Shown here piece by piece: positions 8,611 through 18,910 of a stretch of 64,000 bases of DNA (positions are counted from its first letter, which is position 1; each line of letters begins with the position of its first letter). This DNA is from a candidate division WOR-3 bacterium (lineage in GTDB: Bacteria; Hydrothermota; Hydrothermia; Hydrothermales; JAJRUZ01). Position numbers and translations under genes: made by a program. The notes under the pieces were generated by a model that made no database searches, was not told the DNA's origin, and saw only the letters and a list, made by a program, of their open reading frames with translations. The DNA lies in assembly GCA_039803925.1 (NCBI GenBank), contig JBDRZL010000003.1, positions 67,855-131,854 on the forward strand, given 5' to 3'.

Positions 8611-9864
8611 GTGAAAAAAATTCCCTTTTTTGTAATTGTAGGAAGGGTTAATGTAGGAAAGAGCACCCTTTTTAATTCAATAGTTGGCAAAAATATAGCT
8701 GTAACCCACAGGTTACCTGGAATTACAAGGGATGTTTTGAGAAAGAGAGTTTTATATGATGGAAATATTTTTGAGATTTGTGATACAGGTGGTCTTTTTG
8801 GTCCTGAGGATGAGTTAAAAGAAGAGGTAAAGTCAAAGGTTTTCAAAATAATAGATGAGGCTGACCTTTATCTCTTTGTAGTTGACGCCAAGGAGGGTTT
8901 GACAGAGGGAGATAAAGAGATCATGAATTTGCTGAGAACTAAAAATAAACCGATCTATCTTATCATAAATAAAATTGATGTTAAAGATAAAAAAATTCTT
9001 GATTTTTATGAACTTTCAATACCTGAAGAGAAAATTTTTAAAATATCAGCCACTCAAAAGTGGGGTATTTCTGAGATAATTGAAAGCCTAATTAAAGATT
9101 TCCCCTTTAAGGTAACCGAAGAGAAAAGGATTCCTGTAACAATAATTGGAAGACCCAATGTGGGTAAGTCCTCACTCTTAAATTCCCTTATAGGAGAAGA
9201 TTATGCGATTGTATCACCTGTTCCAGGAACAACAAGGGATCCTGTTGAAGCTTTTAAAGATGAATTTATATTTATTGATACTGCAGGAATTAGAAAAAAA
9301 TTTAATAATGATCTTGAATATTTTTCCTATATAAAAACATCTCACTCTATTGATTACTCATTAATTGTTATATTTGTGATAGATATCCGTGAACCCTTTA
9401 CAAAAATTGAAAGAAAAATTTTCTCATTAATTGAGGAAAAGGGTAAAGGTATAATTATTGCTTTAAACAAGATTGATCTTTTAAAAGAAAAAGAGGTTGA
9501 AAAAATTTATAAGGATTTGAAGGAAATCTATCCTTATATTTCTTATGTTCCAATAATCCTCGTTTCTGCAAAAGAAAAGCTCGGTATTGAAACCCTTTAT
9601 TTAACTATAAGAAGTGTCTGGAAAGAGATGAATAAAGTAATTAAAAAATCGCTTCTTAAAAAATTTTTGTCAAAAGTTGTGAAAGAAAATTCCCCTCCTT
9701 TTTTTATTAAGGATATAAGAGAGAAAAGCAAAATTCCGAGAGTTTATGAAGTTATTTCAGAGGATTATTTACCAACTTATTATATAAGATATATAAAAAA
9801 TCAGATGAGGAAAGATTTTGGGTTAATGGGGGTTCCTTTAAAAATTTTGAATACTCTATATTGA
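8611..9864 (+). CDS. der: Ribosome-associated GTPase Der/EngA (tandem GTPase domains plus KH-like C-terminus).
   Basis: Two G1 motifs (GRVNVGKST, GRPNVGKSS) and two DTGG/DTAG motifs. GTG start. Confidence 0.9.
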   Translation: MKKIPFFVIVGRVNVGKSTLFNSIVGKNIAVTHRLPGITRDVLRKRVLYDGNIFEICDTGGLFGPEDELKEEVKSKVFKIIDEADLYLFVVDAKEGLTEGDKEIMNLLRTKNKPIYLIINKIDVKDKKILDFYELSIPEEKIFKISATQKWGISEIIESLIKDFPFKVTEEKRIPVTIIGRPNVGKSSLLNSLIGEDYAIVSPVPGTTRDPVEAFKDEFIFIDTAGIRKKFNNDLEYFSYIKTSHSIDYSLIVIFVIDIREPFTKIERKIFSLIEEKGKGIIIALNKIDLLKEKEVEKIYKDLKEIYPYISYVPIILVSAKEKLGIETLYLTIRSVWKEMNKVIKKSLLKKFLSKVVKENSPPFFIKDIREKSKIPRVYEVISEDYLPTYYIRYIKNQMRKDFGLMGVPLKILNTLY

Positions 9865-9899
9865 AAATTAATAATTTTTAATAATAAAATTAAAGATTA

Positions 9900-11150
9900 A
9901 TGGAATCTAATCTGGCTGAAATTGCCTTCCATCTTGTAGCCCAGATCTCTGTAATAATATTTTTTGCCAAAATAGGTGGAGAAATTTTTGAAAGATTTTT
10001 TAAACAACCTGCTGTTCTTGGTGAACTTTTAGCAGGAGTCTTAATAAGTCCCTTTTTTTTGGGTAAGCACATAAATTTACCTCACGCATCTCCCCTCTTT
10101 CCCTTGGTTAATTCAAATATACTTGGTATATCACCTGAACTTTACTCCCTTGCCCAGGTTTCTGTAATAATACTTCTTTTTATTTCAGGAGTTGAGACAG
10201 AACTTTCTCTTTTCTTAAGATATTCCTTGCCTGCCTTTATAGTAGCAGTAGGTGGAGTTATTTTTCCTTTTTTCCTTGGTAACCTTTTTACAATCTGGTT
10301 TGGTTTTGCTGATTCCTTCATGAGTCCGGAGAGTCTTTTTATGGGTGCAATTTTAACAGCCACATCCGTTGGAATAACCGCAAGAATTTTATCTGATCTT
10401 GGGAAGATTAATACTCCTGAGGGTGTTACAATACTTGCAGCTGCTGTTGTAGATGATGTTCTGGGTATTTTGGTTCTTACCATTGTAATCAGCATAATAG
10501 ATATGGGTCATGTTTCAATAAATAAAGCAATCTTTATTACCTTTAAAGCTATATCAATCTGGTTTATAATTCTTATTATTGGTATATTTATTGCCAAACC
10601 CCTAACAAAAATTTTAAAAAAACTTAAATCTGAAGGAGCATGGCTTTCTATAATACTTGCTCTTACTTATTTTGCTTCTTATCTTGCTGAATCCTTTGGT
10701 CTTGCTATGATAATTGGAGCTTATGCAATGGGTCTTGCTTTTTCAACTACAGAATTGAAGGAAGAAATTATTGAAGATTTAAAAGGTGCTTACCATTTTC
10801 TTGTACCTATATTCTTTGTTGTTATGGGTATGCTTGTTGATTTAAATGCAATGGGGAAATCAATTTTATTTGGTATTGTAATTACATTTATCGCAATTAT
10901 AACAAAGATTTTTGGTTGTGGAATCCCTGCTCTATTAATAAGATTCAATTTTATAGGAGCATTAAGGGTTGGATCAGGTATGATACCGAGGGGTGAAGTA
11001 GCACTGATTGTTGCTGGAGTTGCTCTTGCAAGGGGTGCTATAACTCATGATATTTACGGAGTTAGTATAATGGTAACAGCAATTACAACTTTTCTTGCCC
11101 CGATTTTACTTGTTCCTATTTTAAAAATAAAAAAAGAAGGAATAAGATGA
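9900..11150 (+). CDS. Monovalent cation:proton antiporter, CPA2 family (KefB/NapA-like membrane domain only).
   Basis: 416-aa polytopic protein. N-terminus ...QPAVLGELLAGVLISP is typical of Na_H_Exchanger-family transporters. Confidence 0.75.
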   Translation: MESNLAEIAFHLVAQISVIIFFAKIGGEIFERFFKQPAVLGELLAGVLISPFFLGKHINLPHASPLFPLVNSNILGISPELYSLAQVSVIILLFISGVETELSLFLRYSLPAFIVAVGGVIFPFFLGNLFTIWFGFADSFMSPESLFMGAILTATSVGITARILSDLGKINTPEGVTILAAAVVDDVLGILVLTIVISIIDMGHVSINKAIFITFKAISIWFIILIIGIFIAKPLTKILKKLKSEGAWLSIILALTYFASYLAESFGLAMIIGAYAMGLAFSTTELKEEIIEDLKGAYHFLVPIFFVVMGMLVDLNAMGKSILFGIVITFIAIITKIFGCGIPALLIRFNFIGALRVGSGMIPRGEVALIVAGVALARGAITHDIYGVSIMVTAITTFLAPILLVPILKIKKEGIR

Positions 11151-11482
11151 AAGAATTAAAATTTAAAGGAAAGGATAATTTTATATCAGGTTTTTTTGAA
11201 GTTTTTAAGAATAATTTAGAAAATAGAGGATTCAAAAAAATTCTTGATACACATACTGAAAAGGAAAAGATAATTGAATATGAGAAGAAAAAAGATAAAA
11301 TTGTTGTGGAAATAAAAGATATAGAACCTTTTGAATCAGAATTAAAAATATCTGGGGAAAATATTGATTTTATTATTTATGAATCTCTTAAAGTTTATAT
11401 TAAAGAAAATATTTTACCAATTATAAGGTTTATCAATTTTGAAAAGGCAAAAAAATTTGAAGATTTTATAGACAGTCTATGA
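11147..11482 (+). CDS. Hypothetical protein.
   Basis: 111-aa ORF translationally coupled to the antiporter. No recognisable motif. Confidence 0.3.
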   Translation: MKELKFKGKDNFISGFFEVFKNNLENRGFKKILDTHTEKEKIIEYEKKKDKIVVEIKDIEPFESELKISGENIDFIIYESLKVYIKENILPIIRFINFEKAKKFEDFIDSL

Positions 11483-11624
11483 TTTATTTTATTATATTAA
11501 GAAAAGGAAAGCAAGGAGAAGAAATTAATAAAATATCAATTTTAAAGTACATTTTAAGGAGGGGTTTTAATGTTTTTTTTAAAAAATATATTGGGTTAAA
11601 TTCCCTATAAACAATTTTTTAAAA

Positions 11625-12551
11625 ATGGCTGGATTAAAGGAAGCAAAATATATATGGATGAATGGTAAATTTGTGCCATGGAAAGATGCAAAGATCCATG
11701 TATTAACACATGCTCTTCATTATGCCTCTTCTGTCTTTGAAGGAATAAGGTGTTATAAAACAAAAAAAGGCTCATTTATTTTCAGATTAAGGGAACATAT
11801 TAGGAGACTTTTTGATTCTGCTAAAATATACAGAATGGAAATACCTTACTCCATGGAAGAAATCATGAATGCCTGTAAAGAGACAGTTATTAAAAATGAT
11901 TTATCTGAATGTTATATAAGACCAATTGTTTATAGGGGGTATCATTCCCTGGGTGTTAACCCTATTGATTGTCCTGTGGAAGTTGCCATTGCAGTGTGGG
12001 AATGGGGTAAATATTTAGGTCCTGAAGCCCTTGAAAAAGGTGTTGATGTTATGGTCTCTTCATGGACAAGAATAGCACCAAATACTGTTCCACCTCTTGC
12101 GAAAGCTTCTGGAAATTATGCAAATGGACAGCTCATTAAAATGGAAGCGGTTCTTTATGGATTTTCAGAAGGAATTGCTCTTGATGCAATGGGATTTGTT
12201 TCAGAAGGTTCAGGGGAAAATATATTTGCAGTAAGGGATGGAATAATTTATACTCCTTTTCTTGATGCCTGCATTTTACCGGGTATAACAAGGGATACAG
12301 TAATAAGACTTGCTCGTGATGCTGGTTATGAAGTTAGAGAAGTTATGTTACCGAGAGAATTTCTTTATATAGCTGATGAAGTTTTCTTTACAGGAACTGC
12401 TGCAGAGATTACACCCATAAGAAGTATTGATAAAATGATAATAGGTAAAGGTGAAAGAGGTCCTGTAACAAAGCATCTTCAAGAACTATTTTTCAGTTAT
12501 GTAAATGGCGAGATAGAGGATAAATACGGATGGCTGACGCCTTTAAAATAA
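11625..12551 (+). CDS. ilvE: Branched-chain amino acid aminotransferase.
   Basis: [34 protein letters not shown] is the class IV aminotransferase signature. Confidence 0.85.
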   Translation: MAGLKEAKYIWMNGKFVPWKDAKIHVLTHALHYASSVFEGIRCYKTKKGSFIFRLREHIRRLFDSAKIYRMEIPYSMEEIMNACKETVIKNDLSECYIRPIVYRGYHSLGVNPIDCPVEVAIAVWEWGKYLGPEALEKGVDVMVSSWTRIAPNTVPPLAKASGNYANGQLIKMEAVLYGFSEGIALDAMGFVSEGSGENIFAVRDGIIYTPFLDACILPGITRDTVIRLARDAGYEVREVMLPREFLYIADEVFFTGTAAEITPIRSIDKMIIGKGERGPVTKHLQELFFSYVNGEIEDKYGWLTPLK

Positions 12552-13006
12552 AAATTGCTATTGGTGCTGATCACAGGGGTTTCAAAATAAAAGAAATTAT
12601 AAAAAAAATTTTAGAGGAAAAAGACTTTGAAGTAATTGATCTCGGAAGTTTTTCAGAAGAATCATCTGATTATCCTGACTTCGCAATAAGAGTCGGAGAA
12701 GAAATAAAGGGAGGTAAAGCTCATTTTGGAATCCTCATATGTATGACAGGAATCGGAATGATGATTGCTGCTAATAAGGTGAAGGGAATAAGAGCTGCTT
12801 TATGCAGGGATGAAGAAGATGCCTATCTTGCAAGAGCTCATAATGATGCAAATGTTTTAGCTCTCGGCTCAAAGAATTTTAAAGATGAGGAGGAATTAAA
12901 AAGGATTGTCCTTAAATTTGTTGAGACTCCTTTTGAAGGTGGAAGACACGAGAGAAGAATTAAAAAAATTTTGGATTATGAAAATTGTCCCACTGGGAGC
13001 AGATAG
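12530..13006 (+). CDS. rpiB: Ribose-5-phosphate isomerase B.
   Basis: [17 protein letters not shown]...[22 protein letters not shown] matches the RpiB/LacAB family. Confidence 0.85.
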   Translation: MADAFKIKIAIGADHRGFKIKEIIKKILEEKDFEVIDLGSFSEESSDYPDFAIRVGEEIKGGKAHFGILICMTGIGMMIAANKVKGIRAALCRDEEDAYLARAHNDANVLALGSKNFKDEEELKRIVLKFVETPFEGGRHERRIKKILDYENCPTGSR

Positions 13007-13820
13007 TCTTGGAACAAGGTCTTTTGCTCTTTTCATTGAAACTGGTGATTTAAAAATTATAGTTGACCCATCCTGTGCCCTTGCACCGAGAAGAAATAAT
13101 TATCCCCCTTCCCCCCTTGAAATTAAAAAGTTAAATGAAACCTACAGAAAAATAAGAGAGCATGTTAAAGAGAGTGATATTGTGATAATTACCCATTATC
13201 ATAATGACCATTTTCCCTTTTTTGATACAGATATTTTTATAAATAAAAGACTTTTTATAAAAGATTATAAAAGAGATATGAATCATATGCAGATTATCCG
13301 TGCAAAAAGATTTATAGAAGATTTAGAAAAAAAAGCTATTAAATATTTTTTTGCTGATTCAAAGGATTTTATTTTTGGAAAAACAAAAATTACTTTTTCG
13401 GGTGGACTTTGGCATGGTAAAGAAAAAAAACAAGGTAAAGTTATAGGTTTTTTTTTAGAGGAAGAGGAAAAATTTTTCTATTCCTCGGACACACAGGGTT
13501 TATGGGATTTAACATTAAAAGATTTTTTAAGGGGTAAAAGACTTGATTATTTTTTTCTTGATGGACCCTCCCTATATCAGAGTAAAAAAAAGGATATAGA
13601 AGAATTTATAAATGATCTATCGGATTTTTTAAAAGAAAATGAGAAAAGCAAAGTAATAATTGATCATCATTTTATTAGAGATTTAAGTTATAAGGATTAC
13701 ATTAAAAAATTTAAGGAAATTTTTGGTGAAAGAATTTTAACCTGTGCTATGTTTTCAGGGGAAGAGGATTCCCCTTTGGAAAGCTTAAGGAGGAAATACT
13801 ATGAAGGAAAAAATTTGTAA
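12978..13820 (+). CDS. Metallo-beta-lactamase-fold hydrolase.
   Basis: HxHxDH motif (ITHYHNDHF). The ATG at 12978 fits better than the ORF-track start at 12906, which lies inside rpiB. Confidence 0.5.
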   Translation: MKIVPLGADSLGTRSFALFIETGDLKIIVDPSCALAPRRNNYPPSPLEIKKLNETYRKIREHVKESDIVIITHYHNDHFPFFDTDIFINKRLFIKDYKRDMNHMQIIRAKRFIEDLEKKAIKYFFADSKDFIFGKTKITFSGGLWHGKEKKQGKVIGFFLEEEEKFFYSSDTQGLWDLTLKDFLRGKRLDYFFLDGPSLYQSKKKDIEEFINDLSDFLKENEKSKVIIDHHFIRDLSYKDYIKKFKEIFGERILTCAMFSGEEDSPLESLRRKYYEGKNL

Positions 13821-14910
13821 ATTAATCAAAGAACATTTAATTGACCTCACACCTTATGAGCCAGGAAAGCCAATAGAAGAGGTTAAAAGGGAGCTCGGTC
13901 TTTCTGAAGTTATAAAATTAGCATCAAATGAAAATCTTTACGGAGTTTCTCCCCTTGCTTTAAAGGCTATGAGAAAATTTTTAAAGGAAATGAATTACTA
14001 TCCTGATGATACATCATATTATTTAAGAAAAAAAATTGCAAAAAAACACGATGTTAGTGAAGAGGAAGTGCTCATTGGTAATGGTTCAGTTGAGCTTCTT
14101 TACTATATTGGTTTGGCTTTTATTGATAATAAAGTTTCAGTTATTTTTAATACTGGTTCTTTCCCAATGTATAAAATAGTTTCAAAAATTTACAATGCTA
14201 AAATTATTGAAGTTCCTTTAAAAGAAGAAAATTTGGCCTGTGACCCTGTTAAAATTGCAGAAAATCTAAGAGATGATACGAAAGTTATATTTTTAGCAAA
14301 TCCAAATAACCCTACTGGAACAAGTTTTTCCCATGATGAAGCTTTATATCTTTTAAAAAAGGTCAGTGAAGATACTCTTGTTATATTTGATGAAGCTTAC
14401 AATCATTTTGTAGAAAGCAAAAGTTTTCCTGACAGTATGAAACTTTACAGAGAATATAAAAATCTTATAATTATAAGGACACTTTCAAAGGCTTACGGCT
14501 TGGCAGGTTTAAGGGTTGGATATATGCTTGCAAGACCAGAAATAATAAATGCCCTTTTAAAGGTAAAAATTCCATTTAATGTGAATAGATTAGCTCAAAT
14601 TGCAGCTCTTTATGCTCTTGATGATGAAAAATTTTTAGAGGAATCAAGAAAAAGGATTAAAAGGGAAAAGGAATTTTTATACAAAAATTTTGATAAAATG
14701 AACCTATTTTATTTAAAATCTGATACCAATTTTATTTTTGTAAGGTTTAATATGGATGTAAGAAAAATTTATGAGGAACTTCTTAAAAGAGGTATAATAA
14801 CAAGACCTTTGCCAGGGAGTATTTTCCCCAATTCTTTGAGAATTACGGTTGGAAGAAGGAAGGATAACATAAAACTTATTAAAGCCCTTCATGAAATCCT
14901 TAAGAATTAG
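13801..14910 (+). CDS. hisC: Histidinol-phosphate aminotransferase (class II aminotransferase).
   Basis: LASNENLYGVSP N-terminal block, the SKAYGLAGLRVGY PLP-lysine block, and about 365 aa. Confidence 0.8.
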   Translation: MKEKICKLIKEHLIDLTPYEPGKPIEEVKRELGLSEVIKLASNENLYGVSPLALKAMRKFLKEMNYYPDDTSYYLRKKIAKKHDVSEEEVLIGNGSVELLYYIGLAFIDNKVSVIFNTGSFPMYKIVSKIYNAKIIEVPLKEENLACDPVKIAENLRDDTKVIFLANPNNPTGTSFSHDEALYLLKKVSEDTLVIFDEAYNHFVESKSFPDSMKLYREYKNLIIIRTLSKAYGLAGLRVGYMLARPEIINALLKVKIPFNVNRLAQIAALYALDDEKFLEESRKRIKREKEFLYKNFDKMNLFYLKSDTNFIFVRFNMDVRKIYEELLKRGIITRPLPGSIFPNSLRITVGRRKDNIKLIKALHEILKN

Positions 14911-15301
14911 ATTCAAGAAAAAAACAAAGGCAAGACTTTTGGCTATAAATTTACTTTATAGATTTGAGCTTTTAGGAGATAATCCCCTTGAATTGGTTGA
15001 GAAAGAAAAGGTTGAAGAGACTACATTAGCAAGGGAATATTTAGAAAAAATTTTAAAAAATTTGAATGTTATAGATGATTTAATAAAAAAAAATTTAAAA
15101 AACTGGGATTTTGAAAGAATTTTACCCTATGAAAAATCAATATTGAGGTTTGGAGTGGGTGAAATACTTTTTTATCCAGATACTCCTTTAAATGTTATAA
15201 TTGAAGAACTTTTAAAAATTGCCAATAGTTTTATAGATGAAAATGCGGTTAAATTTATAAACGGTGTCCTTGATAGTATTGGGAAATCTTTAAGAAAATG
15301 A
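14891..15301 (+). CDS. nusB: Transcription antitermination factor NusB.
   Basis: ARLLAINLLYRFELLG... is a NusB-like helical fold signature. 136 aa. Confidence 0.7.
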   Translation: MKSLRIRFKKKTKARLLAINLLYRFELLGDNPLELVEKEKVEETTLAREYLEKILKNLNVIDDLIKKNLKNWDFERILPYEKSILRFGVGEILFYPDTPLNVIIEELLKIANSFIDENAVKFINGVLDSIGKSLRK

Positions 15302-16068
15302 GATATCTTGTAATTTCTGATATACATTCTAACTTTGAATCTTTAAGTAAGGTAATTGAAGTGGCGAAAAAAGAAGGTTATGATGAGATTCTATGCCTGG
15401 GTGATATAATAGGTTACGGAGCTGATCCAAATTTATGTACCGATTTTATAAGGGAGAATTCAAAACTCACAGTTTGTGGTAATCATGATTACTCCTTGAT
15501 AAATTATGAAGAAAGAAATAACCTTAATGAGTATGCATTAAAAGCAATTGAGTGGACTGAAAAAGTTTTAACATATGAGAACAGAAAATTCATAGAAAAA
15601 TTAAATTTTAAGGAAGAAGTTAATAAGGAAGTTGATATTGTTCATACAGCCCCTTCAGCTCCAGAATCCTTTGTATATATCTTTTCCCTTGAAGAGGCAA
15701 TTTTTGAATTTCAAAGTATAGATAAAAGAATTACTTTCTTTGGACACTCCCACATACCTGTGATTTTTAAAAGAAAAAAAGAAGGAGAATATCAAAAATT
15801 TGGGTTTCAGGATATCTTTTATGAAGAAAAAAAAGATTTTTTTATTTTTAAATTTTCTTTAGAAAAAAATACAGATTACCTTATTAATCCAGGGAGTGTT
15901 GGTCAACCGAGAGATGGTGATCCAAGAGCTTCTTTTTTAATTTTTGATTTAGAAAAAAAAGAGATTTTTTTTTACAGGGTTTTATATGATGTTGAAAAAG
16001 CAAGAAAAAAGATAATTGATGCTGGTTTGCCACAATTTTTAGGTGATAGGCTTCTTTACGGAAGATGA
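15298..16068 (+). CDS. Calcineurin-like metallophosphoesterase.
   Basis: MRYLVISDIHSN...LCLGDIIGYG...GNHD...GHSH motifs. Confidence 0.75.
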   Translation: MRYLVISDIHSNFESLSKVIEVAKKEGYDEILCLGDIIGYGADPNLCTDFIRENSKLTVCGNHDYSLINYEERNNLNEYALKAIEWTEKVLTYENRKFIEKLNFKEEVNKEVDIVHTAPSAPESFVYIFSLEEAIFEFQSIDKRITFFGHSHIPVIFKRKKEGEYQKFGFQDIFYEEKKDFFIFKFSLEKNTDYLINPGSVGQPRDGDPRASFLIFDLEKKEIFFYRVLYDVEKARKKIIDAGLPQFLGDRLLYGR

Positions 16069-16598
16069 TTCTTTTAATTTTTTTAATTTTTGATAATTCC
16101 TTTGATAGAAGTGTAAGGGATATCTTTCAGAGGAATAGAACTCCTTTTCTTGATAAAACTTTTTTAGTTATAACAGAAAGTGCTGATAAGGAGTTTTTCC
16201 TTTTAACTCATGTTTTACTTTCCACTCTTTTTTCAGAGCATGAAAGGGATGACGCAAAACTCTCTTTTATTGGAGTAAGCTCTGTTTCCTTTTTAACCCT
16301 TTTGATTAAATACATTACAAGGAGGGAAAGACCTTCAGGTGGAAATGAAAATCCTTTTAATTCTTCTTTTCCCTCAGGCCATGCATCAGGTTCTTTTGCT
16401 TTTTCCTATATTTTATCTAAAAGGCATAAAAATTTAACTATTCCATTTTTTTTATGGTCAAGTCTTGTTGGAGTATCAAGAATATACTTGGATAGACACT
16501 GGACAACGGATGTTTTAGCAGGTTCACTTCTTGGTATTTCTTTTGGTATAATTATAATGAAATACGAAAGTAATCTATTAAAATTTAAAATTAAATAA
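16065..16598 (+). CDS. PAP2-family phosphatase (phosphatidic acid / undecaprenyl-PP phosphatase-like).
   Basis: KxxxxxxRP (YITRRERP), PSGH (FPSGHAS) and SRxxxxxHxxxD (SRIYLDRHWTTD) motifs. Confidence 0.75.
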   Translation: MILLIFLIFDNSFDRSVRDIFQRNRTPFLDKTFLVITESADKEFFLLTHVLLSTLFSEHERDDAKLSFIGVSSVSFLTLLIKYITRRERPSGGNENPFNSSFPSGHASGSFAFSYILSKRHKNLTIPFFLWSSLVGVSRIYLDRHWTTDVLAGSLLGISFGIIIMKYESNLLKFKIK

Positions 16599-18217
16599 TG
16601 GATACAGGAATTCTTCTTTCTTTTTTAAAAGAAATTTCAGCAGAAACTGATCTTGAGAGGGTAAAAAGATTCCTTGATGCCTTTTTAAGGAATTTTTTTA
16701 AAGGTTATTTATCCTTTGATGTATTTATTGGTGAAAAAGAAGAGGAGATAAAGCCTTTATTCAGAAAGTATGAAAATGAAGATAAAATTAAAAATTTTCT
16801 TTTTAATTCAAAGGAGGTTTTTTTCCTTTCTGTAAAGAGTATTCCTTTTTACGAAGGTTTAAGTCCAGAATGCAATTACATTTTTTATTTTCCCTTTTAT
16901 CACTTTGGAAAACTTTTTGGTTTTATATTGATTGATTTCAGGGATGATCTTTCAGAGGAGGTTTTTAATGACCTTAAAATTCTTTCCTCCTTTATAGGTC
17001 CTTTATTTTTTTCTTCCTATTTGCATAAAAAGAGGAAAGAATCAATTGAGAGGCTTGAATTGAGTTATGACCTTGTTCTGTTTTCAACAAGGGTTTTAGA
17101 TGAAGATAGGCTTCTTGAGTATGTTATAAAAAATATTTACGAAAATCTTTATGATATTGAATCTTTATGTTTTTATAAGGTTAAGGGTAATGTTTTAATT
17201 CCGGTTATGTTCAGGGGTAAAAGGGAGTTTGATATTTTAAATATAGAGTTTTCCTTTCCTGGGGAGGCAATTAAGAAGATGAAGACAGTTTTAAAAGAAG
17301 GGGAACTTGCAATACTTGTTCCTACAAAGGATTTTGTTCATGGTGTTTTTTATATAAAAAGGAAAAGGGGGACTTTTGATGAAGAGGAGATTAAAACCTT
17401 TGAGATGATTTCAAATGCTTTATCTATTGCAATTGAAAATATAAATTTTATAAAGGAAATAAGGGAAAGGAAGGAAACGCTTGAAGAGGAAATCAAATAT
17501 CTTGTTGAAAGAAGATCTCAGGAAGAGAAGATGGCTTTTATAGGAAAAATAACAGCAGGATTAATTCATGAACTTAAGAATTTAATTTCAGGAGTTTTGG
17601 GGGTTAGTGAAATTATAGAGTTAAGGGTTAAGGATGAAAAAATTAAAGAACTTATAAAGGCATTAAAAGAAGAAGGAGAGATAATGCACTATGTTTTAAT
17701 GTCTCTACTTGAAATATCAAAGCCATTCAAACTCAATATAACCTTAAATTCTTTAAAAGAAATGGCTCAAAAAATAGTCTCAATCTCCCATTTTTTTGTT
17801 AAAGGTAAAAATATAGAGTTTTTCATAGATATACCTGATGATATAAACTTACTTTGTGATGAGATTAAGTTTGAACTTACCCTTTTAAATCTTATTAAAA
17901 ATTCAATTGAAGCAATTGAAAAGGAGGGTAAAATTTTTGTTAATTTTAAAAAGAATAAGGATTTTGTTCTTGAGATTGAGGATACTGGTAAAGGAATAGA
18001 GAGTAAATATTTAGATAAAATTTTTGAGCCTTTCTTTACTACAAAGGAAAAAGGAGCAGGACTTGGACTTTCTTTTGTAAAAAAAGTAATAGAAGCTCAT
18101 GGATTTACTATTTATGTTTCAAGTATAATAGGAAAAGGAACAAAATTTATGATTTATATTCCTGAGAAATTTATTAAAGGTTCAAATCCTACTAAAATTA
18201 AAGAATATGAAACCTGA
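16598..18217 (+). CDS. Cytoplasmic sensor histidine kinase (GAF-like N-terminal region plus HisKA plus HATPase_c).
   Basis: H-box IHELKNLISGV. N/G1/G2 boxes (NLIKNSIEA, IEDTGKGI, GAGLGLSFVKK). No transmembrane segment. Confidence 0.8.
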   Translation: MDTGILLSFLKEISAETDLERVKRFLDAFLRNFFKGYLSFDVFIGEKEEEIKPLFRKYENEDKIKNFLFNSKEVFFLSVKSIPFYEGLSPECNYIFYFPFYHFGKLFGFILIDFRDDLSEEVFNDLKILSSFIGPLFFSSYLHKKRKESIERLELSYDLVLFSTRVLDEDRLLEYVIKNIYENLYDIESLCFYKVKGNVLIPVMFRGKREFDILNIEFSFPGEAIKKMKTVLKEGELAILVPTKDFVHGVFYIKRKRGTFDEEEIKTFEMISNALSIAIENINFIKEIRERKETLEEEIKYLVERRSQEEKMAFIGKITAGLIHELKNLISGVLGVSEIIELRVKDEKIKELIKALKEEGEIMHYVLMSLLEISKPFKLNITLNSLKEMAQKIVSISHFFVKGKNIEFFIDIPDDINLLCDEIKFELTLLNLIKNSIEAIEKEGKIFVNFKKNKDFVLEIEDTGKGIESKYLDKIFEPFFTTKEKGAGLGLSFVKKVIEAHGFTIYVSSIIGKGTKFMIYIPEKFIKGSNPTKIKEYET

Positions 18218-18599
18218 AAAAAGAATTTTAATTGTAGAAGATGAAAAATTGCTCGGGATGACTCTTTATGATATACTCTTTTCAGCAACAGGAACTTTTG
18301 AAGTTGTTCTCTGTGAAACTGCTGAAGAGGGATTAGAGAAGATAAAGGAAAAAAAGTTTGACCTTATAGTTTCAGATTTAAAACTTCCCGGGCATATGAA
18401 TGGGATGGATCTTCTGAAGGCTGCAAAAGAAATAAGCCCTGATACTCATCTGATTTTGATGACTGCTTATGGTTCAGATGCTGTAAGAAAGGAGGCTGAA
18501 AATATTGGTGTTGAGGCATACTTTGAAAAACCTTTTAAACTGAAAGAGTTTCTCTCAAGAGTTCTTAAAATTCTCGGGGTTGAAATAAAAAAGGAGTGA
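18207..18599 (+). CDS. Single-domain response regulator (CheY-like receiver).
   Basis: ILIVEDE...LIVSDLKLPG (phospho-acceptor Asp)...LMTAYG...YFEKPF. 130 aa. Confidence 0.8.
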   Translation: MKPEKRILIVEDEKLLGMTLYDILFSATGTFEVVLCETAEEGLEKIKEKKFDLIVSDLKLPGHMNGMDLLKAAKEISPDTHLILMTAYGSDAVRKEAENIGVEAYFEKPFKLKEFLSRVLKILGVEIKKE

Positions 18600-18602
18600 A
18601 AA

Positions 18603-18905
18603 ATGGCACTTATAGGTGATTTAAGAGATGTAAAAATTGAAGATATCTTAAAGTTTATAAAAAGGCTTTCCAAATCCGGTAAACTGATTATAGATGGTGC
18701 CACAAGAAAAGGTGAGATATATTTTACAAAGGGAATGATTGTTGCTGTTAAGAAACAGGGAGAAAGCATAAAAAAGGAATATCTTGAACAGGAGGTTCTT
18801 GAACTTTTAAGACAGGAGGAAGGAACTTTTACCCTTGAACCAACAGAAGAACAGATGGATACTGTCTCTTTTATTGACCCAGATGAGGTTATTTTGAAAT
18901 TGTAA
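18603..18905 (+). CDS. DUF4388 / PATAN-domain protein.
   Basis: MALIGDLRDVKIEDILKFI...SGKLII matches the start of DUF4388 (GxL.dfsL.DvLQ...sG.L). Confidence 0.55.
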   Translation: MALIGDLRDVKIEDILKFIKRLSKSGKLIIDGATRKGEIYFTKGMIVAVKKQGESIKKEYLEQEVLELLRQEEGTFTLEPTEEQMDTVSFIDPDEVILKL

Positions 18906-18910
18906 AGGAA

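Noticed and set aside
8354-8614. An 86-aa Phe/Leu/Ile-rich ORF between hup and der.
   Set aside because: Its composition mirrors the AT-rich, T-rich intergenic sequence. It has no RBS and no recognisable motif, and it overlaps the hup 3' structure. It is most likely the non-coding der leader.
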